Shown here piece after piece: positions 48,246 to 58,184 of a stretch of DNA of 64,000 nt. Numbering within the stretch: position 1 is the first letter of the stretch; each line of letters begins with the position of its first letter. The position numbers and the translations under genes were made by a program. The notes below the pieces were generated by a model. It searched no databases and was not told the origin of the DNA. It saw only the letters and a program-made list of their open reading frames with translations. The DNA comes from Marispirochaeta sp. (GTDB lineage: Bacteria > Spirochaetota > Spirochaetia > JC444 > Marispirochaetaceae), in assembly GCA_963676835.2 (NCBI GenBank), contig CAXXFF010000003.1:384001-448000 (forward strand), written 5' to 3'.

Positions 48246-50938
48246 TGTACACTGCCCCAGCTGTCCCCTGTCTCAAGGCTGACCTTCAAGGGAACAGAAA
48301 GCTTCACTGCATTCTGCATTGTCTCAAGAACCAGGGCGGAAACAGCTTCTTTTTCATTTTCCGGGACCTCAAGAATAAGTTCGTCATGCACCTGCAGAAT
48401 CAGTTTGGCTTTATAATTTTCCTCTTTCAGAGCCCTGGAAAGATTGATCATAGCCTGTTTAACGATATCCGCAGCGGATCCCTGCACCGGGGTGTTAACC
48501 GCAATCCGCTCCGCGCCGGCTTTCTCTGTTTTGTTACGGCTGTTTATACCCGGAACGGTACGCCGGTGGCCCATCATTGTAGATACAGTCCCGGACTTCT
48601 CTGTTTCTTTTACTATGCGGTCGATAAAATCCTTAACTCCCGCATACTGGGTAAAATAGGCATCAATAAAACGCGCTGCATCACCCCGGGGAATCCGCAG
48701 TTCATTGGAAAGGCGAAAGGGGCTCATGCCGTAAATAACCCCGAAGTTGATGGTTTTTGCCACGCGTCGCTGTTCCGGGCTGACCTCATCTTCGGATACC
48801 CCGAAAATCAGGGAAGCAGTCTGACGATGAATATCCCTGCCTTCAACAAATGCCCCTGCGAGGTTTTTATCCTTTGACAGATGAGCAAATACTACAAGCT
48901 CAATCTGGGCATAGTCGGCACTGAGAAAACAGTGTCCTTCTGCAGGAATAAACGCCCGGCGGATTTCCCTTCCCGCCTCGTCCTTGACAGGTATATTCTG
49001 CAGATTCGGATTTTTACTGGCAAGCCGCCCGGTTGCAGTTCCGGTAAGCTGAAAACTGGTATGGATTCTTCCGGTGGTGGGATTAATCTGTTCCGGCAGG
49101 GTATCCACATAGGTCGATTTAAGCTTTGCCAGACCACGGTGTTTCAGTATGAGTTCCGGAACCGGATCTTCCGAGGCAAGCTGCTGCAGAACGCCTGTGT
49201 CAGTGCTGTAACCGGTTTTGGTCTTTTTAACCGGAGTAAGCTTCCGGTCTTCAAACAGCACCTGCTGCAGCTGTTTGGTGGAATTGATATTGAACTCTTT
49301 ACCGCAGAGACTGTAGATCTGTCCCTGAATGGCATCCAGGTCCTTTCCAAGCCGTATTCCGTATTCCTTCAGGGACTTACCGTTGAGACCAATTCCGGCA
49401 ATTTCCATTTCTGCAAGAATCTTCAGAACCGGCATTTCAATATCATTAAAAGTGGATTCAAGCCCCTCTTTCTTCAGTTCTTCTTTGAAAAGATCAAAGA
49501 GACGAAGGGTAATATCAGCATCCTCAACCGCATATTCACATGCTTTCTGAAGTTCTACATCCTGAAAAGTTCCGCCTTTAGGGACAACATCGTTAAAATG
49601 AATGGTTGTATAACCGAGAAACCGTTCGGCCAGTGTATCCATACCATAAGTATTGGCTGTGCTGTCCAGGAGCCATGCGGCCACCATGGTATCGAATATA
49701 CCGCAATTAATTTCTGTTATTCCCCAGTTGCGGAGGACTTTATAATCATACTTGAGGTTCTGCCCGACCCAGAGGAATTTTTCGTTGCCAAGAATTTCTG
49801 CAACAAATGCTTTGACGGTGTCTTCCACAAGACAGGAAACACCGGTGCATTTCAAGGGGATATACCATCCCTGTGCTTTTTTTACTGAAACGGAAATGCC
49901 CGCCAGTACAGCCTGCATAGGGTCGACCGAATCTGTTTCGACATCGAGAGCAAAAGTCCCGGCATGCAAAATCGCGTCCTTAAGCCTCTCAAGAGCCTCA
50001 ATGCTTGTAACCGTTGAGTAGTCGGCACTTTCCGCTGAGAATGAATCGTGCCCTTTCTGCTCCGCTACGGCTTCACTGCCGCCGACCATTTCTGCGAGAC
50101 TTCCGGCTCCCTCCCGGAGAAACAGTGAAGCTACTTGTTCTCCATCGTATGCTTTCAGTTTAAGTTCGGAAACATCTGGCAGCCCGGAAAGATCGGTTTT
50201 AAGGGTAATCAGATCCCTGCTGAGGTAGGCTGTTTCCTTTTCTGTCGTAAATATTTCCCGCTGCCGCGGTGTCAGTTTATCAAGATTCTCATAGATACCA
50301 TCCAGACTGCCGTATTTCTCAAGCAGTCCAACCGCCCCTTTCGGTCCAATACCCTTTACACCGGGAACATTGTCAGACTGATCACCGGTCAGAGATAGAT
50401 AATCCAGAATCTTTTCGGGGGGGACACCCCACTTTTCCGTTACTTCTTCCGGTCCATACTCAATATATCCGCCTGATTTATCCGGAAGCAAAGCTGTTAC
50501 CGGTCCACCGACCAGCTGCATAAGGTCCTTATCTCCGGACACTATGGTGCATCCAATCCCCGACAGACGGGCACTTACAGCATAGCTTGCAATAATATCG
50601 TCGGCTTCAACACCTTCCTGTTCTATGCGGGAGATCTGCATGGCATCAAGAATTTCTTTTATCACCGGTATCTGGGCATGCAGATCCTGGGGTGCTTTTT
50701 CCCTGTTTGCTTTATATTCAGGATATTTTTCATGCCGGAATGTCGGTTTTGCCGAATCAAAGATCACAGCAAGATTTTCCGGATTGTAATTACGTGTTAT
50801 GGAAAGAAGGGTTCTGAAGAAACCGAACACGGCGGAACTGTTTTTACCCGCCGGGTTAAACAGGGGTGCCCGTATAAATGCGAAGTATGATCGGTAAACA
50901 AGGGCATAGCCGTCGATGAGATAAAGCTTATCTGACAC
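48242..50938 (-). CDS. polA: DNA polymerase I
   Basis: 5'-3' exonuclease (IDG, EADD, GDKD), 3'-5' exonuclease (DVET), ADYAQIEL, AK.INFG.IYG and QVHDEL. Confidence 0.97.
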   Translation of the reverse strand: MSDKLYLIDGYALVYRSYFAFIRAPLFNPAGKNSSAVFGFFRTLLSITRNYNPENLAVIFDSAKPTFRHEKYPEYKANREKAPQDLHAQIPVIKEILDAMQISRIEQEGVEADDIIASYAVSARLSGIGCTIVSGDKDLMQLVGGPVTALLPDKSGGYIEYGPEEVTEKWGVPPEKILDYLSLTGDQSDNVPGVKGIGPKGAVGLLEKYGSLDGIYENLDKLTPRQREIFTTEKETAYLSRDLITLKTDLSGLPDVSELKLKAYDGEQVASLFLREGAGSLAEMVGGSEAVAEQKGHDSFSAESADYSTVTSIEALERLKDAILHAGTFALDVETDSVDPMQAVLAGISVSVKKAQGWYIPLKCTGVSCLVEDTVKAFVAEILGNEKFLWVGQNLKYDYKVLRNWGITEINCGIFDTMVAAWLLDSTANTYGMDTLAERFLGYTTIHFNDVVPKGGTFQDVELQKACEYAVEDADITLRLFDLFKEELKKEGLESTFNDIEMPVLKILAEMEIAGIGLNGKSLKEYGIRLGKDLDAIQGQIYSLCGKEFNINSTKQLQQVLFEDRKLTPVKKTKTGYSTDTGVLQQLASEDPVPELILKHRGLAKLKSTYVDTLPEQINPTTGRIHTSFQLTGTATGRLASKNPNLQNIPVKDEAGREIRRAFIPAEGHCFLSADYAQIELVVFAHLSKDKNLAGAFVEGRDIHRQTASLIFGVSEDEVSPEQRRVAKTINFGVIYGMSPFRLSNELRIPRGDAARFIDAYFTQYAGVKDFIDRIVKETEKSGTVSTMMGHRRTVPGINSRNKTEKAGAERIAVNTPVQGSAADIVKQAMINLSRALKEENYKAKLILQVHDELILEVPENEKEAVSALVLETMQNAVKLSVPLKVSLETGDSWGSVH

Positions 50939-50965
50939 CTGAACTCCTTAGGCAGGGAACAGATA

Positions 50966-51346
50966 TCAGCAGGAGAAATCTACAAAAGAAGAGGTATGTT
51001 CTTCCAGGGCGAATATTCTGTTCCGGTCTTTTCTGAAATTACCTTTTTTCAGTCTCGTCTGCAAGGACGAAACCCTCTCTTTAATTTTAGATTCAATCCT
51101 CTGGTGCTGAATTTTAAGGCGTTTATCAAGTTCGGATTCAATAAATTTCAGTCCAGCACCGTCACCGGCTTTTCTACAGGACTTAAGCCTGCGAAAACAG
51201 GCATCCTGAGCCTGAAGATGGAGTTCAAACTTTTCTATATTTTCGGTATTAAGGTCATCTTCGAGGAGTTCCAGAATTTTCAGGTACTCCCCGGTAAGAA
51301 GTGTTCTCCTGGATTCAAGCTCCAGGAGATATGCGGGATATGACAA
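50966..51346 (-). CDS. hypothetical helical protein downstream of fliS (FlgN/FliT-like by position)
   Basis: Coiled-coil-like ORF with probable TTG start just after the fliS stop. The function is inferred from context only. Confidence 0.5.
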   Translation of the reverse strand: MSYPAYLLELESRRTLLTGEYLKILELLEDDLNTENIEKFELHLQAQDACFRRLKSCRKAGDGAGLKFIESELDKRLKIQHQRIESKIKERVSSLQTRLKKGNFRKDRNRIFALEEHTSSFVDFSC

Positions 51347-51350
51347 AGTA

Positions 51351-51785
51351 TTATCCGGCGATGTTGACACCGTGATAATTCCGGTTATGGTTTTCAGCAC
51401 CAACGGCAACCTGGCTGGAAATAGTATTCCATGCCTCCCGGAGGTCTGCAATCATGGACCGTACAGGGCGAAGCATATCGCAGTTTTTCTGGATATTGGC
51501 TTCCATGAGCTGCTGATTGAAATAGAAATAGAGATTGTTGAGATTCATGGCGATCTCGCCGCCCCTGTCAAAATCGAGGGACACCATCAGCTCTGTAACC
51601 ATGTCCTGGGCCTTGATAATGGAATTATTTACCAGATCAAGCCGCTTATCCCCTTTATCCAGGAGATCAATGGCGGTATCAATGTGCTTGATTGCCTCAT
51701 CATAGAGCATGATAACAAGTTTTACAGGACTGCTGCTTTTGATTTTAGTTTCTTTGTACGCGTTCAACGGGTTTGCCGGACTCAA
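51351..51785 (-). CDS. fliS: flagellar export chaperone FliS
   Basis: AYK......SP.KLVIMLYD, KAQD...EL..SLDF..GGEIA.NL..LY and LREAW. Confidence 0.95.
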   Translation of the reverse strand: MSPANPLNAYKETKIKSSSPVKLVIMLYDEAIKHIDTAIDLLDKGDKRLDLVNNSIIKAQDMVTELMVSLDFDRGGEIAMNLNNLYFYFNQQLMEANIQKNCDMLRPVRSMIADLREAWNTISSQVAVGAENHNRNYHGVNIAG

Positions 51786-51818
51786 AGCACTCCCCCTCCC
51801 TGGTGATAGTCACCATTA

Positions 51819-51847
51819 GTATCGACTCGGGCGGTTAAAATCTTGAG
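51819..51847 (-). promoter_or_regulatory. candidate sigma28 promoter of fliS
   Basis: CTCAAG-N15-GTCGATAC, compared with the consensus CTAAAG-N15-GCCGATAA. Confidence 0.55.
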
Positions 51848-51885
51848 TCTGCCCGTTGTTTGAGACTGGGCAGACTTCGTTAGTT

Positions 51886-54159
51886 TTACCTGGCATGGGC
51901 CATAAGCTGACTGACGGGCACAATCTCGTAACCCAACGATATCAACTCGTCTATCATAATATCAAGAGAATGGAACAGATAATCTTCCCGCTCAGGACTG
52001 GTTTTACCAATTCTTAACGGAATAATCGACCCTGGCCGCTTGTTCTTCAATATCCGTTCTACAATATCAGCTGCCGGAGAATAGAGATCCGCCAGGCGGC
52101 CGGTTGAATAGGGAGTAATCCAATCCAGAGGATCAACGTCCCTTCCAATATAAGTATAGTTCATCTCGGATGAGGCCGCAATTATTTCGCTGTTTACGAA
52201 GTAAAAAGGTGCATGCCAGAGAAGAGAGAGCTCGTCTCCGGTGGCTGCAAAGTAATCGTCCTCATTTCTGGCAAGACCCCGCTTGATAAAATCCTTGTTT
52301 ATCTGAAAGCGGCTGTCGGTCATATCAAAATAGGCATAAAAGAGGGACCCTACTTCGTGACCGGACTGGGAAATCTCTTTTACTGCATCCGGATGACGGC
52401 GGATAAACTCTCCATTAAGGAAAAAAGTTCCCCGGATATCATAATCCTTCAGGGTATGCAGAACATAGGTTAAGCCTTCCACAGAGTCAATGGCATTAAA
52501 GACAAGAGAAACTTCTCTGCGGCGAATGCGTGACCCATGTGAGAAATTGGCCAGATCTATATTTTCATCTTCTTTTGGAAAAAGATCGTACTCACGGGCA
52601 GGAAAGCGGAAAAGAGGCCGGGTTACCAGGTTTTTAAGATCCCTGATCATTACTGTATCCTGGTAGGCATTTCCTACAGAATCCTCTATAAACACCCGGA
52701 AATCACCGGCAGCCACCTTTGCCGGCAGAAGAGACTCACCGTCAGCCTCAACCAGTAGATCATTTTCTGCCGTCCAGGTCTTATTATCCTGCTGTATGAG
52801 AATATCGCCTTCGGCATTAAAGCCTGCCGAAGAGTACTGAGCAAGACTGATAAGGGTAAGGCTGTTATCATCCAGGGAATAAAGACTGTTGGCAGAGTTT
52901 CCACAGAGAATAATTTCTGTACTGCTCCGCCATAATGCATGAAGGGGATTCTGATAGCTGATGGTTTGTTCTACAGCGAAATTGTAATAGTTTCTCAGCT
53001 CCGCTTTATCGTTATACAAGAGTACGCATCTTTCCTGATTGGGAGAAATCGCAATACCCGTAACCCCCTCTGCCTCAACTTCCGTAAAGCGGGTCTCCTT
53101 ATTGGCAAGATTCAGCCTGAAAAGACCCGACTTCCGACTGCCCTCCACCAGACTGTTTGTCAGCAGGGTAATAATTCCCGATGAAGACCAGGCGACATCC
53201 TTAACCACGGTATTACGGGGAAGATAGAGATAAGGAAGGGCCGTAGCATCCCCGGTGGAGATATAATCATCCGGCTGCAGCAGGTAGAGAAAGATATTCT
53301 GCCCACCCTTATTGAAAAGGATTTTACCCCCGTCGGGGGATATCCAGTAACTGTCAAAAGCGGGGTCAAACTCAAAAGGAATCTTCCCGGCAATATGCCC
53401 GACATCAAAAAGACCGGTATAAATTGACCGGGTAAAGAATTCGGGGCTGAGAATCTGATAAACAAGATTCCCGGTAACGTAAAACAGGTCATTCCGCCTG
53501 CTCCAGCGGGTGGAAGAGAGGCGCCCCTTGCCAAGGATTCTGAAGCTTTCATCGATAATACGATCCGAAATCAGCTGATCCATGGAAAAGTAGTAGAGAT
53601 TACCCTGTTTCTGGTAGACAAAGTATCCGGAATCGGGAGACCAGGTTGCATTGGGACTGTTGAGAACCATCTCAACCCCGGTACTTATAAGGTATTCCTC
53701 TTCACGGCCAATATGGTACAGCTTCAGTGCCGCGTATCCGTAGGATTCGGGTTCGAGGTAGAGCAGATAGCGGCCGTCAGGAGAGGCCCCGACAGTTGCA
53801 ATCTTGCCGGTCTGTATCTCTTCTCCGTTAACAAAGGCGGGAAAAGTCTTAATGGGAGCCATTCCGGCAAGCTTTTCATCTGTGCGGAACACACCGAAGC
53901 GGTTCTGTATCTGCAGCCGTTCTCCACCGTTGATAAGGGAAGCATGCTCCGGAAAAAAAGTGAGCTGCTGAAGATCTCCCTTGCCGAGATCAGCCTTGAA
54001 AAGAGTGGAGTAAGCACCATCCATGGGTGATTCCGTGGTGGCACGGAAGAGCAGAATCCCGTCATCGGACAAATTTAGCCTGGAAAAAGAGACTTCTCCA
54101 TAGACGGAAAACGTCAGAAAGCCCAGGAGGAGAAAGATTAAGGTATACCTGTACTTCAT
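51886..54159 (-). CDS. exported beta-propeller plus polysaccharide-deacetylase-like (NodB) protein
   Basis: Signal peptide; SPDG/WSPD blades; C-terminal VSLVFN, TFFLNG, GHEVG and DPLDW...PGSII. The canonical metal ligands look altered. Confidence 0.75.
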   Translation of the reverse strand: MKYRYTLIFLLLGFLTFSVYGEVSFSRLNLSDDGILLFRATTESPMDGAYSTLFKADLGKGDLQQLTFFPEHASLINGGERLQIQNRFGVFRTDEKLAGMAPIKTFPAFVNGEEIQTGKIATVGASPDGRYLLYLEPESYGYAALKLYHIGREEEYLISTGVEMVLNSPNATWSPDSGYFVYQKQGNLYYFSMDQLISDRIIDESFRILGKGRLSSTRWSRRNDLFYVTGNLVYQILSPEFFTRSIYTGLFDVGHIAGKIPFEFDPAFDSYWISPDGGKILFNKGGQNIFLYLLQPDDYISTGDATALPYLYLPRNTVVKDVAWSSSGIITLLTNSLVEGSRKSGLFRLNLANKETRFTEVEAEGVTGIAISPNQERCVLLYNDKAELRNYYNFAVEQTISYQNPLHALWRSSTEIILCGNSANSLYSLDDNSLTLISLAQYSSAGFNAEGDILIQQDNKTWTAENDLLVEADGESLLPAKVAAGDFRVFIEDSVGNAYQDTVMIRDLKNLVTRPLFRFPAREYDLFPKEDENIDLANFSHGSRIRRREVSLVFNAIDSVEGLTYVLHTLKDYDIRGTFFLNGEFIRRHPDAVKEISQSGHEVGSLFYAYFDMTDSRFQINKDFIKRGLARNEDDYFAATGDELSLLWHAPFYFVNSEIIAASSEMNYTYIGRDVDPLDWITPYSTGRLADLYSPAADIVERILKNKRPGSIIPLRIGKTSPEREDYLFHSLDIMIDELISLGYEIVPVSQLMAHAR

Positions 54160-54227
54160 ATCACTTCTATTGTCGGCACAGAGGAGCCGTTACGTTTAGC
54201 AAAAAGCGGCAGACCTTCCGCTTAAGT

Positions 54228-55541
54228 CTAAAGCAGTTCCGCCGCAAGCTCCGCAAGCAGACTTCTCTCGGACTTATCCAGGGTTACATGACCGAAAATC
54301 TTCTGCCCCTTCATGGCTTCCACCAGATAGGTAAGGCCGTTTGAGCTGGAATCAAGATACGGACTGTCTATCTGATAGGGGTCACCGGTTAGAACAACTT
54401 TTGTCCCTTCCCCTGCCCGGCTCACAATGGTCTTTATTTCGTGGGGAGAAAGATTCTGGGCTTCATCTACAATGAGAAACTGGTCAGGGAGAGAACGGCC
54501 CCGTATGTAGGTCAGAGCCTCCAGTTCAAGAAGATTATTATTCAGCAGAGAATCCACATTTTTAAGATTCTGCTTTTTATACACCGAAAGAATGTATTCC
54601 AGATTGTCAAAAAGGGGCTGCATCCAGTGGGTCAGTTTTTCGTTCTTGGCCCCCGGCAGATAGCCTATATCCTTTCCCATGGGAATGACCGGCCTGCTCA
54701 CAAGAACCCGCTTATAGGTCTCCGTCTCCAGAACCTGATACAAACCTGCCGCAATGGCCATAAGGGTCTTGCCGGTTCCGGCTTTGCCCACAAGGCTGAC
54801 CAGGGAAATCTCCGGATCAAGGAGCAGTTCAAAAGCCATTCGCTGTTTCTCATTCAAGGGCACTACGCCGCTGACAGGCTCCATCTCGCCATATAAACCG
54901 GTAACGGCCCCGTCCATATGACGGGCAATAACCCGGGTGGCACTCTTGGGATTGGCTGCCAGGACAAATTCATTGGGAAAGAGTTTCTGCTCCCAGGGAA
55001 CCGGATTTCCCTGCAGCAGGGTGTCCAGCATCTCTTCCGATGTCTCCACCTCCCGCCAGCCGGGATAGAGCTCCAGAATGTTGACTTTCTGTTTTTCGTA
55101 ATCAACAGCCCGGAGGCCAAGGGCGGTAGCCTTTACCCGTGCATTGATGTCTTTCGAAACGAAGAAAACTTCTCTGCCCTCATTTTTCAGACTCAAAGCG
55201 GTAAGCAGGATTTTGTTATCTACCTTATCCTTGTTCAGATCAATGGGAACTTCACTGGACTGCACCAGAGAGACCGACAGAGTAATTCCGTCCCCCACTT
55301 TGGCTCCCTTATTCAGGTCACCATGCTTGCCGACTTCATCGAGGAAGCGGATGGCCTGACGGGCATTCCGGCCTTTTTCGTCACTGAAGGTTTTAAGCTT
55401 ATCCAGCTCTTCCAGAACCCAGAGAGGAACAACCACGTTGTTGTCTCTGAACGAAAGTATACAGTCCGGTTTATGAATAAAGACATTAGTATCAATAACG
55501 AAGGTTTTCACTCTGCCTGCATCCTGATCCGCCATGTTCAC
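54228..55541 (-). CDS. PhoH family protein with N-terminal PIN domain (PhoH2)
   Basis: VIDTNV, EELD, SKD.N.R, GKAGTGKT, RGRS, DEAQN and GD..QID. Confidence 0.92.
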   Translation of the reverse strand: MNMADQDAGRVKTFVIDTNVFIHKPDCILSFRDNNVVVPLWVLEELDKLKTFSDEKGRNARQAIRFLDEVGKHGDLNKGAKVGDGITLSVSLVQSSEVPIDLNKDKVDNKILLTALSLKNEGREVFFVSKDINARVKATALGLRAVDYEKQKVNILELYPGWREVETSEEMLDTLLQGNPVPWEQKLFPNEFVLAANPKSATRVIARHMDGAVTGLYGEMEPVSGVVPLNEKQRMAFELLLDPEISLVSLVGKAGTGKTLMAIAAGLYQVLETETYKRVLVSRPVIPMGKDIGYLPGAKNEKLTHWMQPLFDNLEYILSVYKKQNLKNVDSLLNNNLLELEALTYIRGRSLPDQFLIVDEAQNLSPHEIKTIVSRAGEGTKVVLTGDPYQIDSPYLDSSSNGLTYLVEAMKGQKIFGHVTLDKSERSLLAELAAELL

Positions 55542-55632
55542 CGCCTTGCGCCCTGTCTTGATAAGAGCTCCTGTATTAAATGTAATTCAATACAGGAGAA
55601 TTGGAAGTATCTTTTTATGAATAATACAACAG

Positions 55633-56679
55633 TTATTCCAGATACCCTTCAAGCCAGGTCTGTAATGCCTCTCCACGGCGGTCGAAGGATTCAAGCTCAC
55701 CGGCCACTTCGACTATTTTCAGCTGTTTGGCTCCCTTGTTTGACGAAAGTTTTGAGGGAAAGAGCGCTACCATATACACATACTCATCCCCGGAATATGG
55801 CGCCAGCCACATAAAGGTCAAGCCGTTGCTTCCGGTTTTGAGTTCAAGTATCTGCTTATCCCTCAGCAGATACCCAGCCTCTTCCATGTATGCTGTAAGT
55901 GCGGTTTCCCAGAAGGCCATATCCATCACAGGTTCCGGACGTACCTCCCGGATACGCAGCTTGATGCCTTCCGGTGAAACTGCCCGGTAAAGCCGGGAAT
56001 TCCGGTAGACCGAGAAGCCCTCAGGTGCCGTTTCGGGGTCCCCAAAGCGGGGCAGCCAGGAAAATGTACGGTTTAACGGATTTGATTCCATAAAGGAGTA
56101 GAAGTCAATACTGTTAATCCAGGAAAAGTTCGACAACGTGCCCCCGGGATTGGTGACACCCTGGCTTTCAAGATCGAGTTCCAGCGTTGCATAGGTGCTG
56201 CGGATATTCAATGAGGCAATCTGTGCGCGGATTGATTCAATCTCTCCTACAAGATCCAGCACTTCCTTTTCTATTGCAAGGGTACTTGAAAAATCTGACC
56301 GCGCCAGATAGGAGAGGTTCTGATCAAGCACCTCCCGCCGGGAACTCAAAGATGCTTCCAGCCTGCGCAGCTCTCCGGAAACATCCCGGGCAGTAAGACT
56401 GTACCCTAAAAGTTCAGCACTCAGATTTTTAAGATCCTCTTCTGCCCCCGCCGCTTCGGCAGAAGGAAGCCGGCCGATAATTCTGCCGTTTTCCAGGGAG
56501 AGAAAATACCCCCCTTTTGCCTCCAGCCAGTCTACCAGACGATCCCCCGCGGCACCTCCGTCGTACACAACCAGCCTGGCCTCAATACGGTACTCTATGG
56601 ACTCTTGCGCCTGAAGCGCAACCTGAAGCGTAAAAAGGGCAGCAATACAGAAAAAGGCTAAGACAGCTGACTTCTTCAT
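55633..56679 (-). CDS. DUF4349-like exported protein
   Basis: Signal peptide; GG.....RLP, RDV coiled coil and EIE...Y.TL.L; paralogue of the adjacent gene. Confidence 0.6.
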   Translation of the reverse strand: MKKSAVLAFFCIAALFTLQVALQAQESIEYRIEARLVVYDGGAAGDRLVDWLEAKGGYFLSLENGRIIGRLPSAEAAGAEEDLKNLSAELLGYSLTARDVSGELRRLEASLSSRREVLDQNLSYLARSDFSSTLAIEKEVLDLVGEIESIRAQIASLNIRSTYATLELDLESQGVTNPGGTLSNFSWINSIDFYSFMESNPLNRTFSWLPRFGDPETAPEGFSVYRNSRLYRAVSPEGIKLRIREVRPEPVMDMAFWETALTAYMEEAGYLLRDKQILELKTGSNGLTFMWLAPYSGDEYVYMVALFPSKLSSNKGAKQLKIVEVAGELESFDRRGEALQTWLEGYLE

Positions 56680-57854
56680 CAGAATCGCTCCTTCAATGCT
56701 TCATGAAAGGAATCTATCAGATCTGAACCGGACGTGCCCGGGAAAACCCCTTCTACAATCATAAGCCCGCCCTTCTCGGGGACAGCAACGACTTCATACC
56801 GGTATCCCGGTTCTCCGGAGACAGAACAGATAACCCCCTTCAGAGTCTTCTCATTCCCGTCATTCAGGGGCAACTCCAGGACTTCCACTCTGGAATACAG
56901 GGGGGCAAGATAATTCAGCATTGCTTCCTGCCAGAAAGCGGCATCCCCCTCGGGCTCATTTGCGGTTGAAGCCATGCGAAGGACAGCTCCGTCGGCGCTC
57001 TCTGCATAAAAGGCATTACCCGAAGGCGGATCCCGGAAAACGGCAAAGCTTCCGCCGGGGTCTATGGCGGCGCCCTCAAGGGAACCAAGGCTTACTCCGA
57101 AGGGATCCAGGTTTCTCATCCAGCGAAAAGGAATCAGGCCACGAGAATCGTAACGGCTGCCCATCTTGGTAACCAGCTGGCAGGAGACCCGTGAAAAGGC
57201 AATGCGTTCCTTCATGGTGGCCAGCTGGAGCTCCATGGTTTCAATCTTTTCCGAAAGCCTGCGGATTTCCCGGAGAATAGCCAGACGCTCTTCACCTTCC
57301 CTTGATTCCTCAAGGAGGTCATACAGACGCTGCCTGGCCTCTCTGGCAATCTTAAGCCGGGTTTCGGTCTCCGCAAGGGCTTCACTCACATCAAGGGCAC
57401 TTACATTTCTGTCGATCAGAACTCCCAAAGCTTCCGCTTCATCGAGATAGGGGAAGAAATACTCCGCAGGAACAAGGACCACAATGCCCTCACTGCTGAT
57501 TCCTTCAATCCGTCCCCCAAGCTCCAGGGCTCGTTCTCCCAGGCTGTTACGGACGGTTTCCACCCTGGTTACCTCAAGCGAGAGAGATGCGCTGTATATA
57601 CGGGCCCGCTCTTTTTCCAGAGGCGGTGCGGTATTAACAGCAGCCCCTTCAGGTGCAGGCGCACTCAGTTCATCTGCCATGGATGCGTCCCGATAGGACT
57701 CCTTGGGACTCATGGCAACGGCAGGAAAACTGCCTGCCTCATAATCCGCCTCCGATCCTGCGCAGGCGGGAAGAATTAGCAAACAGATAATAGTTAGAAC
57801 CCCTGCGGCAATCAGAAACCGGACTGATCCATTACGCAATAATGACATTTTCAT
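56679..57854 (-). CDS. DUF4349-like lipoprotein
   Basis: Lipobox ILPA-C; RIYSA.L.LEV, GG.I, VP, DV....D/E.R, RL..LL and IE...+.FS.V. Confidence 0.7.
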   Translation of the reverse strand: MKMSLLRNGSVRFLIAAGVLTIICLLILPACAGSEADYEAGSFPAVAMSPKESYRDASMADELSAPAPEGAAVNTAPPLEKERARIYSASLSLEVTRVETVRNSLGERALELGGRIEGISSEGIVVLVPAEYFFPYLDEAEALGVLIDRNVSALDVSEALAETETRLKIAREARQRLYDLLEESREGEERLAILREIRRLSEKIETMELQLATMKERIAFSRVSCQLVTKMGSRYDSRGLIPFRWMRNLDPFGVSLGSLEGAAIDPGGSFAVFRDPPSGNAFYAESADGAVLRMASTANEPEGDAAFWQEAMLNYLAPLYSRVEVLELPLNDGNEKTLKGVICSVSGEPGYRYEVVAVPEKGGLMIVEGVFPGTSGSDLIDSFHEALKERF

Positions 57855-57909
57855 TCCTTGTTCGAGTTATTTTCTTGTACTAATGTAACAGGATACAATC
57901 TTGTTGGTG

Positions 57910-58122
57910 TTATTTTTTTTCAAGTCCCGCACGTTCTTTCATGGCAGCCTTTACCACTTCCGAGCTTACAAAGCCTTTTCTTACAGCAATTCGGCCGAAG
58001 GCTTCGTACTGATGCTCCGCTGCAAGCATTTTCTGTTCTGCAGCCACAGCCCGCTCCTGTTCTACCGAAAGAAGCCCCCGGGCAATCATAAACTTTCCAA
58101 TTGGTGTCCGTTTTCCGCTCAT
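57910..58122 (-). CDS. small standalone MshEN-like (GSPII_N) protein
   Basis: Two tandem degenerate RLGxxLxxxGxxxxxxLxxxLxxQ motifs: IGKFMIARGLLSVEQ...EQ and FGRIAVRKGFVSSE; AGGAGG RBS. Confidence 0.65.
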   Translation of the reverse strand: MSGKRTPIGKFMIARGLLSVEQERAVAAEQKMLAAEHQYEAFGRIAVRKGFVSSEVVKAAMKERAGLEKK

Positions 58123-58184
58123 GATATTTCCTCCTATTTCTTCCGCTGTTGCGTATGCTTACCCATTCGGCTTATATTTGCTCT

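Noticed and set aside
48881..49888. Long antisense ORFs (also 6392..7168, 54918..55814 and 32570..33169)
   Set aside because: They are shadows of well-supported genes on the opposite strand and have no recognisable motifs.
55568..55598. CTCCTGTATT...AATACAGGAG hairpin upstream of the PIN-PhoH gene
   Set aside because: It is a single occurrence with no U-tract and cannot be assigned as operator or terminator from sequence alone.
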